DNA of 63,989 nt, the filler included, from Perkinsus olseni (taxonomy: Eukaryota), in NCBI GenBank assembly GCA_013115125.1. It is 6 parts of 6 records of this genome, joined end to end, with 100 filler letters (N's around TTAATTAATTAA, not from the genome) between each part and the next. Parts side by side here need not be neighbours in the genome. Positions count along the whole stretch, not along the records: positions 1 to 11,100 come from JABANN010000840.1; positions 11,201 to 22,260 come from JABANN010000841.1; 4 more parts are not named here. One strand, given 5' to 3'. A program made the position numbers and the translations under genes. The notes under the pieces were generated by a model. That model saw only the letters and a program-made list of their open reading frames with translations. It did not search any database and was not told where the DNA came from. Below are positions 1 through 12,144 of the stretch, piece after piece (position 1 is the first letter of the stretch; every line of letters begins with the position of its first letter).

Positions 1-1587
1 TCCTAATCACATCAAACCACAGCTAGAGGTTTCCCCCACAAGAAATCGTTCCGCATTTCTCTACGATGGAAATGCACCGTCACGCGCCACGAAATTATTG
101 AGAACGGCGCAGTTTATCTTGACGGCGTTGTTGAATTTTCCGCTCTAGAGTTGTGCCAATCCCTTTGTTCAATGAGCCTACCTTGGAACTGAGACTCGTT
201 TCTGGGATTGATTTTCACGCCTGAAGTGAGTTTTCAGGATTTACTGTGTATTTGTTATTGTAAAATACGTTTTTGGGGTTCAGAATTGGTCTACTTAACA
301 CCGTCTGTGAGCTAGACTCTATATTGATGTCGTTCGGTAGCATGCGGCCCCGGGTACTACTAGATAGTCCGTGCTCCTTACGGCCTGGCGTGCCTCTCGC
401 TCTCATAGGATCGCCCTTCTTATTACTCACAACTTTTCTGTACCGAAAAGGGTGATTAGAAGGGGGATAAGTTCTTTTCGCTGAAAAGTACTTATCCTCC
501 TGAAAAATTCACTGAAAAGTTAGGTAGTTACTGAAGTTTACTTAAGTTTTTCTGAAAAGTTTTCAGTATGAATCCTGTAACCGCGTTCTATGAGTGAAAA
601 TCAATTCCAGAATCGACTCTGGTTGTTAGTGTTCGCTCATCGCAAAAAGGGGCGATGCTTTCTATGATGTCTCAGGATAGCCCATTCGATATTAATGCCA
701 GCGGAGCCTCGGACCGGTGCCTCGGCCGCCCCTCCCAACCCCGTAGGCAGCGACGGTATACCGGAGATACCCCCCAATGAGATCTCGGCCGACCAGGTTA
801 CTCTTGCTTCTCACGGGTTCCAAAGATACTTCTCTGGCCAGGTCACCATGCATCGGGCTTATACTGAGCACTTGCCGCATTACGGCTTCGTGAAGCCTTG
901 CAGTCCTCAGGAAGAAATTGACTTGTCACCAAACCGACTGAACCCGGGATTCATCGCAGATGAAGTAGCGCGAGAACGCTTTCTTTTTTCCCGTCTCAGC
1001 TTCTTCTAGATAGAGTTCGGTCGAGCGAGAACTCAGCCCATCAGCCTTTTCGAACATAGGCGATGGAAGGTTCATCATAATCTTAACAAGAAAGACAAAT
1101 TCTTCCGCGGTCACGATGAGAGACTGCATGACGGTGGAGGGTCGGCTACCAAGTAGGGAGGGATTGTGTGGCGATACTGAGCCTTTCGCTATTTGTTGCA
1201 GCTGCTGTATACGGCGCGGAATAATAACGTTACACAGGGTGGCAGGTGACACTATTCGTATTAGACAAACTCAATATTCTCAACAGGCAGTTGCGAAACC
1301 TGTCGCATCTTTCGTCTTCACGCTCCTTTCATCGACGATGACGCCATTGACTCAGCGGTACCAGCGTACTGTTAGCTCTCAATTTCACAATATTCTGCTT
1401 CTCCCTCGCTGGCTTGCCTTGCCAACCTCGAATAGCCTCTGCCGCAGTCCTTTACCCGCTTGCATGGGCCGATACCAGCCGCAGTCAATAGAAACGGCGT
1501 GAATTTCTGTCTTCAACTCGCGAAGGTCTCTGGTATCATCACTTCAGTGCCGTGATGGCACTGCCAACCGTTCTCCTTTTCTCGCAG

Positions 1588-3050
1588 GTACTTTCGCACC
1601 AAACGCCACTGGTATCTTTACATCCGTCGTCTGGTGACCATCTACTTCGTACCATTACAGCTAGGTGTAATCACTGGTCTCCTCTGGGCCAACATCGACT
1701 ACGATAACTACGTTTACGTATGGGGAACCGATGACGACGAAAGCGTTGATCTTGGTTTCTCAATAGCCCATCATCCGGTACGAGCGAATGCTCTGCCCCA
1801 TCGCCATCTAATGTCCTCAGGTTACACTGCACTTCATTTTGAATGATATTTTTATGGCTTTCTTTTTCGGCATCGCCATGGTGGAAATCGTCCTCGCCTT
1901 GCTTCCAGGAGGAGCCCTCTCTCCAGTGGCCAAGGCGATAGTGCCGCTCCTATGTAGCTTCACAGCATCAACAGCAGCGATCGCGTTTAACGAGACACCC
2001 TTGCCAGGTACCCTAGGAGGAATCCTGGGCCCAATCGGTGTCTTCTTCTCCCTCATGTACATTCAGAAAGCAGCTGGTGCCTTCGATGACAGCCAGTTCG
2101 AGTTTTCGGAGCTCCTAGAAGGCTGGGGTGTCGTCGTGGCCACGGACATCTCCATCGCCTGGTTGATCGCCACCATCGTCTTCGGCAGCGCCCACACAGC
2201 GATACGCTTCCTGCTAGTTTTGGCAGTGGCAGACGACGTCGGCGGCATGCTCATCATTGCCTTCTTCTACCCCTCGGAGCACGAGAGCAATCAGTGGTAT
2301 CTTTTTATGTGCGTGGGAGCCTGCCTGGTCGCCCTGCTTCTGCGTATCTTCAAATTCCGTCATTGGCTATGGTACATCGCCCTGGCCGGCCCCCTCGCCT
2401 GGTACGGCCTGTTGGCCTCGGGCGTCCACGCTTCCCTTGCCCTCTGCCTGGTGGTTCCCTTCATGCCCAAGTACATCCTCATCGATCAGCCACCACAAGA
2501 TGCTTCGGAGCCGACGACAGCCACTTTGCCGGACCCCAACCCCGTCACCGTCGAGGCGCCACAGCGGCAGCAGCAGACTGTTGTTGACGGCAAGCGTGTT
2601 ATTGAAGGCCCTCTGGAGCACTTCGATCATGACTGTTCTTTCTTCGTCCATTGCGGGCTTTTCTTCTTCGCCTTGGCCAACGCTGGTGTCCAATTCACGG
2701 AAGATGCCTTCGGATGGATCACGTTTAATGTAGTCGTCTCTCTCATCTTCGGCAAATGCATAGGCATTTTCACCTTTGGTTCGATCGCTCTTTTGATACC
2801 CAATTTGTCTCTCCCGCACGGGATGGGTCACCTCCACCTTTTCATTGTTGGTGTGGTATCCGGGGTAGGCCTCACAGTTGCCCTGGTCGTAGCCCACGCT
2901 GCCTACTCTCAACGAGAGCTCCTGGATCAAGCCAAGCTGGGAGCCTTGCTGTCGCTACTCGCCGGCCCCATCGCCATAGCCCTTGGTATCGTACTGAAGA
3001 TCGACAAAGTATCAGCTCCGCCACCTAGCGGGCCGCCCGCTTCCGTGTAA
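1588..3050 (+). CDS. nhaA: NhaA-family Na+/H+ antiporter (spliced; first exon uncertain)
   Basis: Motifs LNDIFMAFFFGIAMVEI, GWGVVVATDISIAW, FLLVLAVADDVGGMLIIAFFY, SGVHA, FFFALANAGV and GVGLTVAL parallel the NhaA signatures. Intron ~1778-1820 joins the 1634 and 1839 ORFs; a probable in-frame intron lies at ~1954-2007. Confidence 0.9.
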
Positions 3051-3069
3051 CCATCAATTGGTATAACAA

Positions 3070-4000
3070 CTGTTGACTCTAATTTCACCTGCAGTATCAT
3101 CGGGCCAGGCCTCCTCGGCAGGGCCATTATTATGTACATTTGTGCGTTGTGCGTAGTGTGTCCCTTTACTAACACTGGGAGCGGCTCGGCTCCTCGATTT
3201 CCTTGCGAAAGGGTGGTCCTTGAGTTGACAGTTGGGAGAAGGTAACCGAAAAGGTAGCCGAGCAGCAGTGCACTGGGAATAACGCAACAAAACCGAAGAA
3301 CGTTAATCTGCTTCAACGTCGCCGCAAATGCATCCCAAGAAAGGTCGGCCGCTACACAACGCCCAGAGGCACTCAACGTCATCAGCGCTGGGATTGATCG
3401 GCAATTCTGAGAACAGTGCAAAGACGTAGCGATCCCTCCAGCAGGCGTAGGGGTCCACCTAGTAGTTGATTCTCCTTCCACTGAACGTCCGCCTCGACGG
3501 CATCAATTACCCGGTGAAGGCGAACCTGAACAACGGGGGCAATTTCTCCAATAAAATTAAACTCATGCTACCCAGGGCTTCGGCTTTGGCAAAGCAAACT
3601 CGTGGCAACACTCTATCATCCGACCAAGATAAGCCTTCTCCAACCTCAGCATCTCGTAGACTGCCGCTAGGCTCTCTTCGTATCTGCATATGGTCCTGTA
3701 AGCACGACCCAGCTCCAAGCGGTTTTCACTTTTCTCGCTCCGAAGACGCGTTGTCGTCGACGACCAGCATGTTCCTTATTGTGAGGAGTTCCCCACTGGT
3801 CATGGCATGGTCCAGCTTCAGGACTTCTTCCAGCAGGGACTCAACGCTGGAGAGAGGGCCTCCCGCTGATGATGTTGACGAAATAGTGAAGGCAATTCAA
3901 CAACAATCGTACTGGCTCCACGCGGTTCGACTCACCAGTCCGGCCTGGTTAACCAACCACAACGGCCCTTCCCCCTGGTCTCTTATTTGAGACCGTGTTA
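3070..4000 (-). CDS. Hypothetical intron-rich gene (limits approximate)
   Basis: Short open segments bounded by GT..AG, e.g. GGPLSSVESLLEEVLKLDHAMTSGELLTIRNML; no family recognised. Confidence 0.35.
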
Positions 4001-4435
4001 ACGTTGGTTCGATTAGGGCTCTGAAGTCTCTTACTTGAACGTTTATGTATCACCCAAATACCCCTAGGGTCGTCTAAGCCCCTCCAGAACTTGCAACACA
4101 ACGCTCGTGCCGGTTGACTGAGGTTTCGTTGCGGCCATTTCGCATGCTGTTATCTCAACGACAATACACAACCCTCAGATTTCACAAGACGTTTGCAGAG
4201 AGCTTCAATGGTCACTGGTCGAATCGGCGAAGGAGTGGTACAAAACTAGATAGCCTACCAAGACTCATAAGAGTCAATTCATAAGGACACTTTTTACACT
4301 GAGGCCGTAGTAGTGGACGGGCAATGGTCATCATGAAATGACGAGGACGAGGAAAATATTAAAACGTTTCGACGCGGTATTCCAAATATGCTAGTCGGTT
4401 TCCGATCGTTGTTGAACTTGACGGTCGAGCTGCCA

Positions 4436-5246
4436 TCATCTTCGACTGTCTCGCCGAGCCGCAGTAGAATGAGCGACACTTCCACGACCCTGATACCACT
4501 CCAATCGCTCCTGCAACTTCTACGCTTTCGAGGCTCACCTTCAAGAGCCGACCACCTCCATTTGCGAAGGTTTTCTGGCAAATCGGTATGTGTCGTTTAG
4601 AGGCTTCGTCGTTGAAGGTCCTCCCGCAGTGGGGGCACTTCACCATGTGCTGCCGCTCATGCTCAGCCTGCAGCTCGGCGAACTTCGCCGCAGCCATCTG
4701 CTGCGCGAAGGGGTCCGAAGACCGACACGACGCAATAGCCGCCTGAATGACTAGTCACTTCCTCAAAGAGTGCAGGCTCCCCTACTCGGAAGGCCTCGCT
4801 CTGCTGTTTCCACTTCGTCGGCTTGGACCGTTGAGGTCCTCTTTTCTTCTCTTGCTGGGCCTTCCTTATCAACTGCTCCTTATTCTCGAACCCATGCAAA
4901 CGATTAGCCACCGTATCGAACCTATCACCAGCAAATACCGAAGACAAAATCGCAGCGGAGCGAAGCAGTATAATGTATACAATGTATAATGCGAAGCAGT
5001 GTACAGTATTGACTTACTCGCGCCTCTTTTCCTTGAAGACCTTCCGACAGACCCGCTCGTGCTTTTCCAGTGATTCCTCGTTGAAGCTCTAAACAACGTG
5101 AATTCGCCTTCAGCGGCAGCGACCGTACGGAGGTCTACTCGACCGCATTGATGGCATCTGATCATTCTGATCTGCTCCTCGGGGTACTCCCCGACGCCCG
5201 GCTCGCCGATAACAACCACACCCTCCTTTATTTCCGGCGCGCTCAT
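4436..5246 (-). CDS. C2HC zinc-finger protein (ZC2HC1/FAM164-like), spliced
   Basis: Two CxxCGRxF...H..C fingers (IRCHQCGR..FNEESLEKHERVC; VKCPHCGRTFNDEASKRHIPIC) with KWKQQSEAFR between them. Confidence 0.8.
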
Positions 5247-5299
5247 CCTTCGACGCTCCGAAGCTTCACCGAAGGTTGATGAACCCTGCCATACGCCGA

Positions 5300-6353
5300 G
5301 CTTCGCTCCGCCAGAAATATGCAAATACATACTTGTTCTTTAGCGGAGCGGTGCTGGTCTGATCCATAGTCGCGAATATTCGGACCTGGCAAAGTTCCCT
5401 GCTCGCCCATGCCGGCTCTAGGGGCTACCAGAGCTGTGATTAAGCCGACGACCAAGTGACCTGTGCTCGCCCGACTCGGGTGAATAGGCTGCACTGCCGA
5501 ATTGTCGCTCTTGGTGGTAATACCATTCCTTCGGCGAATCATCACTATAAGTACCTCTGCTATATCTAAATAGCTGTCAATCTGATCATATCGAAGAGGA
5601 TGGCTCCCACCCGGGTTGAGAAGAGTGCCGACGAGCTCTTCCATAGTTTCCGCCAGTCGTCTTGCTACCAGAGAAAGCACCACCGTTGCGGTCGTCTATT
5701 GGGCTTGGGACCCTAGCTAGCTACGATGAAGCCAGCCCATCCTAGAGAGGCTACTACCTAGCTACATTGTTGCCCGGAGCAGTGGCACTCATCTTGCTCT
5801 TCAACAGAGTAAGACTCGTCTTCAGCGTCTTCAACTCCCCCGTCGAGACAGAAGGGCGCGCACCCGAGCTGGCCGGAGGCGATGGACTGCCGTTTCGTCC
5901 GAACCTAGTCCAGCGCAAGACAGTCCTTCCGCTGGCCTTCTATAGCTCATCAATGGCCCAGCATGAGATTTTCGAACCCTCCCACTACTACATTCGACGG
6001 TCGGGCGGAGAGGAATACCGATGATGGCGAGTCTGATGATGAGACTGAGCGTGACTCCTGCCGTGACTAGCAGCGTTATGCCCGAAAGGCACCTAAGAAT
6101 ACCATCACCCAGCTGCCGTCAAAAAGCCTACCTTTTTCGTAGTGATGTAGCGACCCCCCTTATCCGGGCTGAACACGCTACTCCCATTTCGACTTCCCTG
6201 CATCATCTTCGCCGGACTGGGGTAAGCGGCTGTGCCTCTTCCGTTAAGGTGCTGCTGCCGAGGAGGCACCCAATCTTCACGGGTGCCCATGTAGGTCGAC
6301 CTGGTCGAGGGGGTGACCTCCTCCCGCAAGGATACTCCCCTGCAGTAGTCCAT
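5300..6353 (-). CDS. Hypothetical spliced gene (limits approximate)
   Basis: ORF pieces 5243-5683 and 6105-6353 with plausible splice sites; no family recognised. Confidence 0.3.
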
Positions 6354-6475
6354 AAAGCCCTAGAAGTAAAACTCTATTGAAACTAGGTTATTGAAGGAAC
6401 TGAGCTCAACATCTCGGGGAGTGTCATCATCAACAAGAGTAGCAAGCACGGACATGCTCCTTCAGAGAGAGTCAT

Positions 6476-7900
6476 TCAAACGGGTCTGTAGACGTACTTC
6501 GAGGCTTTCGACTGCAGCTCAGCGTGGAGGGGCCTTAGCAGCCCAAATAGAACAAGCATCAACCTCAGATGCGCATAGAGCTTCGCTGCCGTGAATATCC
6601 CATATTTGCGCAGAACGACCGCCCAGTCGTGAACAGTGAAGTTCACCCAGATTCCAGATACCGCTTTTCCTTCAAATCGTAGCCTTCAGAACGGAGCGAA
6701 CGACATCCCAAATGGACGGCCGGAAGAGAGAAGTAGTGAAGCCCAGGGACGCCCTACGTGTTGAACGTATCCACATCCACTACGAAGACTGAGCATCCCT
6801 GCCCAGCAGCCTTCAGTGTAGCCGTACGCTTGAGGTCCCCATTGAGTAGAGCAACTTCCCCAAAGATACAGCCACTCTCGCTATAGTGGTCCAGTTCCTA
6901 CGACAGCATTACTGCCCTATCACTGCTATACGGGATAATACGACCTTCCCGTCCTCATCGAGGGCCACGGCCACGCCATCTTCCAAAATGAAGGCTCCTT
7001 CGGCTTCGTCTCCCTCGTCACAGATAACCTCATCAGCATCGAATAAGTCCCTCTGAAGTTTGCTCGCCAGCTCGGACTTCTCGTACCTGACTAGGAGGAG
7101 TACTCGCAGACCGGCTAAGCGTGCTCCACCTGTTCAAAATCGCAAAGGCCGGGCACGCCTCAACGAAGTCTTCGTTCTCCTCGGGAGAGACAGCGTCAGC
7201 CGTACGCAGCATCATGCGGAAGCTGTCAGAGTCCAGGCCCCAGGGCTGCCCGAACGAAACCGATTACAGCCAATCAACGATAAGATGGCCACCTTCACTT
7301 CTGTGGTGCACGACACAGTAGCCGCACGGGGCGCGTTGTAGAGCAGGGCCAGCTCGCCGAAGAGGGAGCCAGGGCCGAGGTCCATCACCTTTGAAAGAAG
7401 TCAAGCGAGCCTCTCCGAGGCGTCCGACTACTTTTCCACCCTTGCCGCTCTCACTGGGGTCACGTTTGACGAAGGCCTCCAGTGATCTCTCCGATACGAT
7501 GTAGCAAGCATCACCAACATCACCTTGCACGATGACATCACAGCCCGCGGGGACCGTCTTCGGATACTAAAAGCGGACGTGAACACCCAACACTAGTCGG
7601 TGAGCCCACCATTGCCATAATGACGTCATCAATGGCACTCGACTGAAGGTGCCCGAAGAGACCTAACTGCTCAAACTGCTGCCTTGAATAGTACAAGAAG
7701 ACCGTCACTTGTAAACGCTGATTGCTCTGTATTATATCCCTGAGCATTTGTTTTTCCGCGTCGCTCTTCTCATGCACCGGCTTGGTCCACTCCTGCGCTG
7801 AAGCTCGAGGGACGCGCTCGCCCGAGACCCCAGCTCAAGGCGTGAACGGACACTTGCCGTCTGAGCACGTAAGAGCTGAGTTGTTCGGCAGTTCGGAGCG
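6476..7900 (-). CDS. cAMP-dependent protein kinase regulatory subunit-like protein, two cNMP-binding domains (5' exons may reach ~8330)
   Basis: HEKSDAEKQML linker; VIVQGDVGDACYIV; FGELALLYNAPRAATV cassette; second domain ICDEGDEAEGAFILEDG...FGEVALLNGDLKRTATL. Confidence 0.85.
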
Positions 7901-8676
7901 GACGTACCGGATCAGGATTGCGATCGCCTCGCGGTGACAACGGCATGATACTATTAGAAAAATGATAAACAACTCATGGTAAGCAGCGTAGCATGGTTCA
8001 GTCAACGATTACTGACGTTGCTTGTCGAGGTGATACGGGTGATAGGAGCTCCCTCCTGGACGGTATTCTTCGAGAACCAACTCTTCAGTTGCTTTTCTAC
8101 AACAGGCAGGCTGTGGAGGTTGAAAACGGGCCAGCATTCCCGACGCGGACGCATAAGTTTCAGGCCGCGACTTGGCTCAGCAATACCAACTCGAAACTCC
8201 CGGGGTCAACTCGTCAGGAGCACTCGGGAGCGTTCCTACGCTACGGGCAACGGGGGAGGAGTTCAATGCAGCGGCAGCTTAACGCATGGAAGCAACGATT
8301 CGTGTAACCGAAGAGTCATGAGACAGATTGGCGTCGAGTTTAACGAGAGAGGCGGACGCCTCTGCTGCCGCACCACGCAAGCGTCGCCCACTTCCGTGTC
8401 GTGTGATGCGTGAATCTGTTTCTTAACGGCTTTACCCATATCGTAGCTGAGCTGTATATTTACTTTCGACGCTAGATTGCGCATGGAGTGGTGTTCCTAT
8501 AATAATAATAACCATTGATCCCCTAAACCACCACCTGTTGAGTAATGGCAGTCGAAGAAGAGTGTAATGCGATGCTCGCTTATGTAAAGACTGCACGAGA
8601 CATTTGTCATGGTGTTTTTTCTCTTCTCCATACCTTTGATGTGTCACGCATCATGTGTGGACGTGAAAGCCCCTCC

Positions 8677-8767
8677 CGGGCTGTTCAATAAACCGTTCCT
8701 GAATTTCAGGAACGTTCTTCAAGAACGTTCCTGGGAACGACATCGCGCTTGTCTATTGAACAGCCCG
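8677..8767. mobile_element. Putative 91-bp MITE-like element
   Basis: Perfect 14-bp terminal inverted repeats CGGGCTGTTCAATA (8677-8690) / TATTGAACAGCCCG (8754-8767), flanked by TCC on both sides (8674-8676, 8768-8770); palindromic interior. Confidence 0.6.
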
Positions 8768-9123
8768 TCCGAAGTTCCAAGGCTATAAATTGTTCAAGCG
8801 CGCGCCATGTAGAGCGCGACGACGCCCCGCATGGATCGCGCTACGGCTGATACTCCGCGTCACCCTCCTCCATGACTCAATTGTTGCGTCCGTGCGCGCG
8901 TGCTAGACTTCTGCCGATCTAGTTTCACCTTCACAGATCAGGCTAACCTCGAAGCACCGAGTTTTTGAGAGGTGGAGGCGTTCATTGCATTGAATTCTTC
9001 GCATCCCGCTCTCGAATAGTCGCATGGTGAACAGTCCAGTTCTGCTGTTGACTCAACAGTGCTGAGCTTCCATGGTGCATCGATGATTTCTTCTTTACTG
9101 CTTAGATCGTCACTCAGGTGAGC

Positions 9124-9558
9124 ATGTTTTTTCTTCCTAAACTCATCATCGCCGCGATCTGTATATCACCATCCTATGGAGGGAAGTCGTGTCCCGGATG
9201 TCTGTATGGTCGCTATGAGCTTGTCCCCTTGGAGGACGCCCACTTTACACCGCCTATCCAGGCCCTGAAGTTCGGCCTGTCCCATACAGGTGACTGTAAG
9301 ATCACGTTTACCGTGCACGACGGCAAAAGTGATCCGACCAACCTCTATGCTCTCTACACCCTGACCAAAGGGTCCATTCTTCTCCACTCTGTTCACTTGG
9401 TAGCAGCTCAGCACTCGTCTTACTTCAAACAACATAAATCTACAAAGACCCTCAAAAAGCTCATCTTCAACGGTAAATACAAGGTGATCTGGATACACTG
9501 GCGACAAGGATGGGCGTCCTACAAGCTTGATCCCTCCTCCATCAGGGGAGGATGGTAG
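9124..9558 (+). CDS. Small secreted hypothetical protein (intronless)
   Basis: ATG at 9124; signal-peptide-like MFFLPKLIIAAICISPSYG; open to 9558. Confidence 0.6.
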   Translation: MFFLPKLIIAAICISPSYGGKSCPGCLYGRYELVPLEDAHFTPPIQALKFGLSHTGDCKITFTVHDGKSDPTNLYALYTLTKGSILLHSVHLVAAQHSSYFKQHKSTKTLKKLIFNGKYKVIWIHWRQGWASYKLDPSSIRGGW

Positions 9559-10542
9559 ACTTTTTTACTCGTCAACTGGTTCATTTCGACGCGAACCCTC
9601 CTCGTGATTCCAATATGGCAGTGGCCGTGAGATCCTTTATCCGAGGCTCAGGCGCATTGACTGGGACGTTCACTCGGAATCTGTGGACGTTGAGGTCTGG
9701 AGTCAGGGTTTTGATTCCCGACTGAGGACTCATTTAATAGATTTCTCTAAGTATTAGACCCCTAGTACTACGCGCCCCTACTGTAGTATTAGACTGTTGA
9801 TTATCCATTGGCAATGATGCTCATACGGCATCGTGGTCTCAGGCAGCGCTGTCGTCTAGCCACGGCGTCCAGGAACACCGCTTGCTTTGGCAATGTGGCC
9901 CGTATTAGTACTTTCAATATTCCACTTTGTCCTTGTGTTCGAGTGGTTTGGGCGTGGAGAGACGTACGAGAAGATGTTCTGCTGAACATCTCATACGAGA
10001 ATTGTACCCCAGAATTCGGTGCCGTTTTGTTTTAGAAGTAGTAAAATGCGACGCACCAAAGCAGTAAACATGGTGCCGTCCTACACTGCTAGCGTTCGAG
10101 AAGTTTTCTGTTCTTTTCACGAGTCTAGCTCGGTTCACAACGCCCGAGCTTGATTCTACTGGTGGTGAGCCACGGCTACATTTGAGCTCCATGTAGCATC
10201 TATTCTTTTTATACCCCGGCCCTCGCAACAAAACAAGGGACATCACCTATGGGTGCTCCAAAGTTAGTTATGTCGTGTCGGCTGTCCCTTGCCAAGCAAT
10301 GCATTGTGATATTGTCTACTGCTAGGCTTGAGTGACTTATCATTCGACAGTCGAATTTCGACCGACCTCCTTCGTCCCATACACACGGCGGGGAGCTTGG
10401 TCTACTCCTAAGCTCTTCTGTGCCAAGTGCTGTTACTTTAGATGGTGACGATGTATTACTAATATTTATATACTATACTCAAGAACGCATCACAAGGAGA
10501 GGAGACATCAAACCTTCAATATACATGTCACATACCAGAGAG

Positions 10543-11100
10543 TCACTTATTGGCTGGGGACGCCGGGGGCACAGGCAGGTCGGCCTCGTCGTCAAGGCTC
10601 CGTCTGAGGTCTCCGCTCTCCGTCAAAGCGAGGTCGAACACTCTATGTAGGTTGGTAAACTGAGCAACTTCATCGAAGAGAAATGAACGAAGGGCGGACC
10701 TTGCCGTCTTCTTGCGGTCCCCCCCCCCTCGGACAACTCCACTGAGACGAGGCAGTCGGGTGACTCGAAATGACTCCGACAAAATCAACTTCATGCTGAT
10801 GGAGTTCAACGTTCGTTAAAGGGAGTGGCAAAACTGCGCCCGGAGGGCCTAGGAAAAAGACAAGAGTAGCGGTCGGCCTGACCACATATCTACCTCCAGG
10901 GGCTTTAGGCGGCTCATCGCCGAGGAAGCCCGACCGGGGAACGGCACTACGACTGCGACGCAGGATAGCTCTGCTAGCTGTGTTGTCCGGAGGAGCATCT
11001 GATTCTGAGAACACATTTTAGACTGGTACTCTCCGAGATTGGAAACAAGTCACCTAGGGGGACTTTGCTGGTCTGGATGGAAGGTCGAAGGATGCGCTGC
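10543..11100 (-). CDS. 3' exons of a hypothetical gene truncated by the contig edge
   Basis: Series of short GT-AG introns; last exon ends ...DEADLPVPPASPANK*. Confidence 0.4.
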
Positions 11101-11200
11101 NNNNNNNNNNNNNNNNNNNNNNNNNNNNNNNNNNNNNNNNNNNNTTAATTAATTAANNNNNNNNNNNNNNNNNNNNNNNNNNNNNNNNNNNNNNNNNNNN
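11101..11200. other. Assembly linker (N run with six-frame-stop TTAATTAATTAA)
   Basis: Identical 100-nt linker occurs five times. Confidence 0.98.
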
Positions 11201-12032
11201 ACCCGGCTCCGAAAGCGACAGTAATTGCCGAGAGGAAGTCTCCAGGGATCTCACGCAGTTCCGACGACCTCACAAAGTGGCGATAGGGCCAAATGAGCCA
11301 GGAAAAACCATAATCAAGATCCGTGATGGAAGTAGTCGTGAATTGGATTCACCGCACCGCTGGGTTCATGCGGCCGCAAGGACTCCGCCAACGTCCTCAC
11401 CTGATCGAAGGTTTTGATGAAGCTGAGGACACTATCAAAGCCCAGCATGTTGAGACTGAGGGGGATGTTCCATCTATTATAGAAGGTCTCCTCTACCGCC
11501 CGTAACGGTATCCCTTCACTCTTCTTCGCGTCACTGGCAGCAGCACTCTTCTGGGCCTGCACCGAAAAACTTAATGGTTCTTTTAGCGGAGCGAAGCCGA
11601 CCTTTAGAGCGTCAGCCAGGGCCACGTGAAGTGCCTGGGCGATCATCGATACAGTACGGCTCTCTGGTGTTGGGAAGTCCTTGGAGCAGGTCAGGCTGCT
11701 GACAGCCGGCACGCCTGAGGGGACGAACGATAATGATCAATACAACAACAAACGCCCCGGGCTGTCTTTCTCGAGTACATGCCGGTTAATTGCGAGTGGA
11801 TTTGGGCAAGTTTTGGTATTGTGCAAAGCGGGAGGAAAAATACTGCAAAATAGGAGAGTAAGGGAGACGAGCAGGGGCAGGCCCTCAGTGCCTCGCTCAA
11901 GGAAAGCCGCTGGTCAGATTCAAAGCTCTTCGAAGTATCAGGATTCCGAGGATGAGCATCACAGAAGGTGTCGCATGTTGCGTTCCAGCATTCAATGATC
12001 AAGATCCACGTCGCTGCTGCGGGCAGCTCCAT
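11201..12032 (-). CDS. LOTUS/OST-HTH-like domain protein (5' part; truncated by contig edge)
   Basis: GIPLRAVEETFYNRWNIPLSLNMLGFDSVLSFIKTF (~11400-11515) fits the LOTUS helix...pL....lGF.s...fl pattern. Confidence 0.55.
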
Positions 12033-12144
12033 CCCATCACGCCTCCCCTGTTCATCACAGTATTATTGAAGCAAGTGAAGTAAGCTAATCTATATTAGAT
12101 TACACTTCTACATAATTAACTTTTCTTGACACTGTTATTTCTTG

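Noticed and set aside
692-1252. Short ORFs as a gene or stop-codon recoding
   Set aside because: No recognisable motifs; other genes use TGA, TAG and TAA as ordinary stops.
11145-11156. TTAATTAATTAA palindromes as biological sites
   Set aside because: Embedded in N runs and identical five times; synthetic six-frame-stop linker.
10543-12032. One gene spanning the first gap
   Set aside because: Contigs are size-sorted, so there is no evidence the two sides are adjacent.
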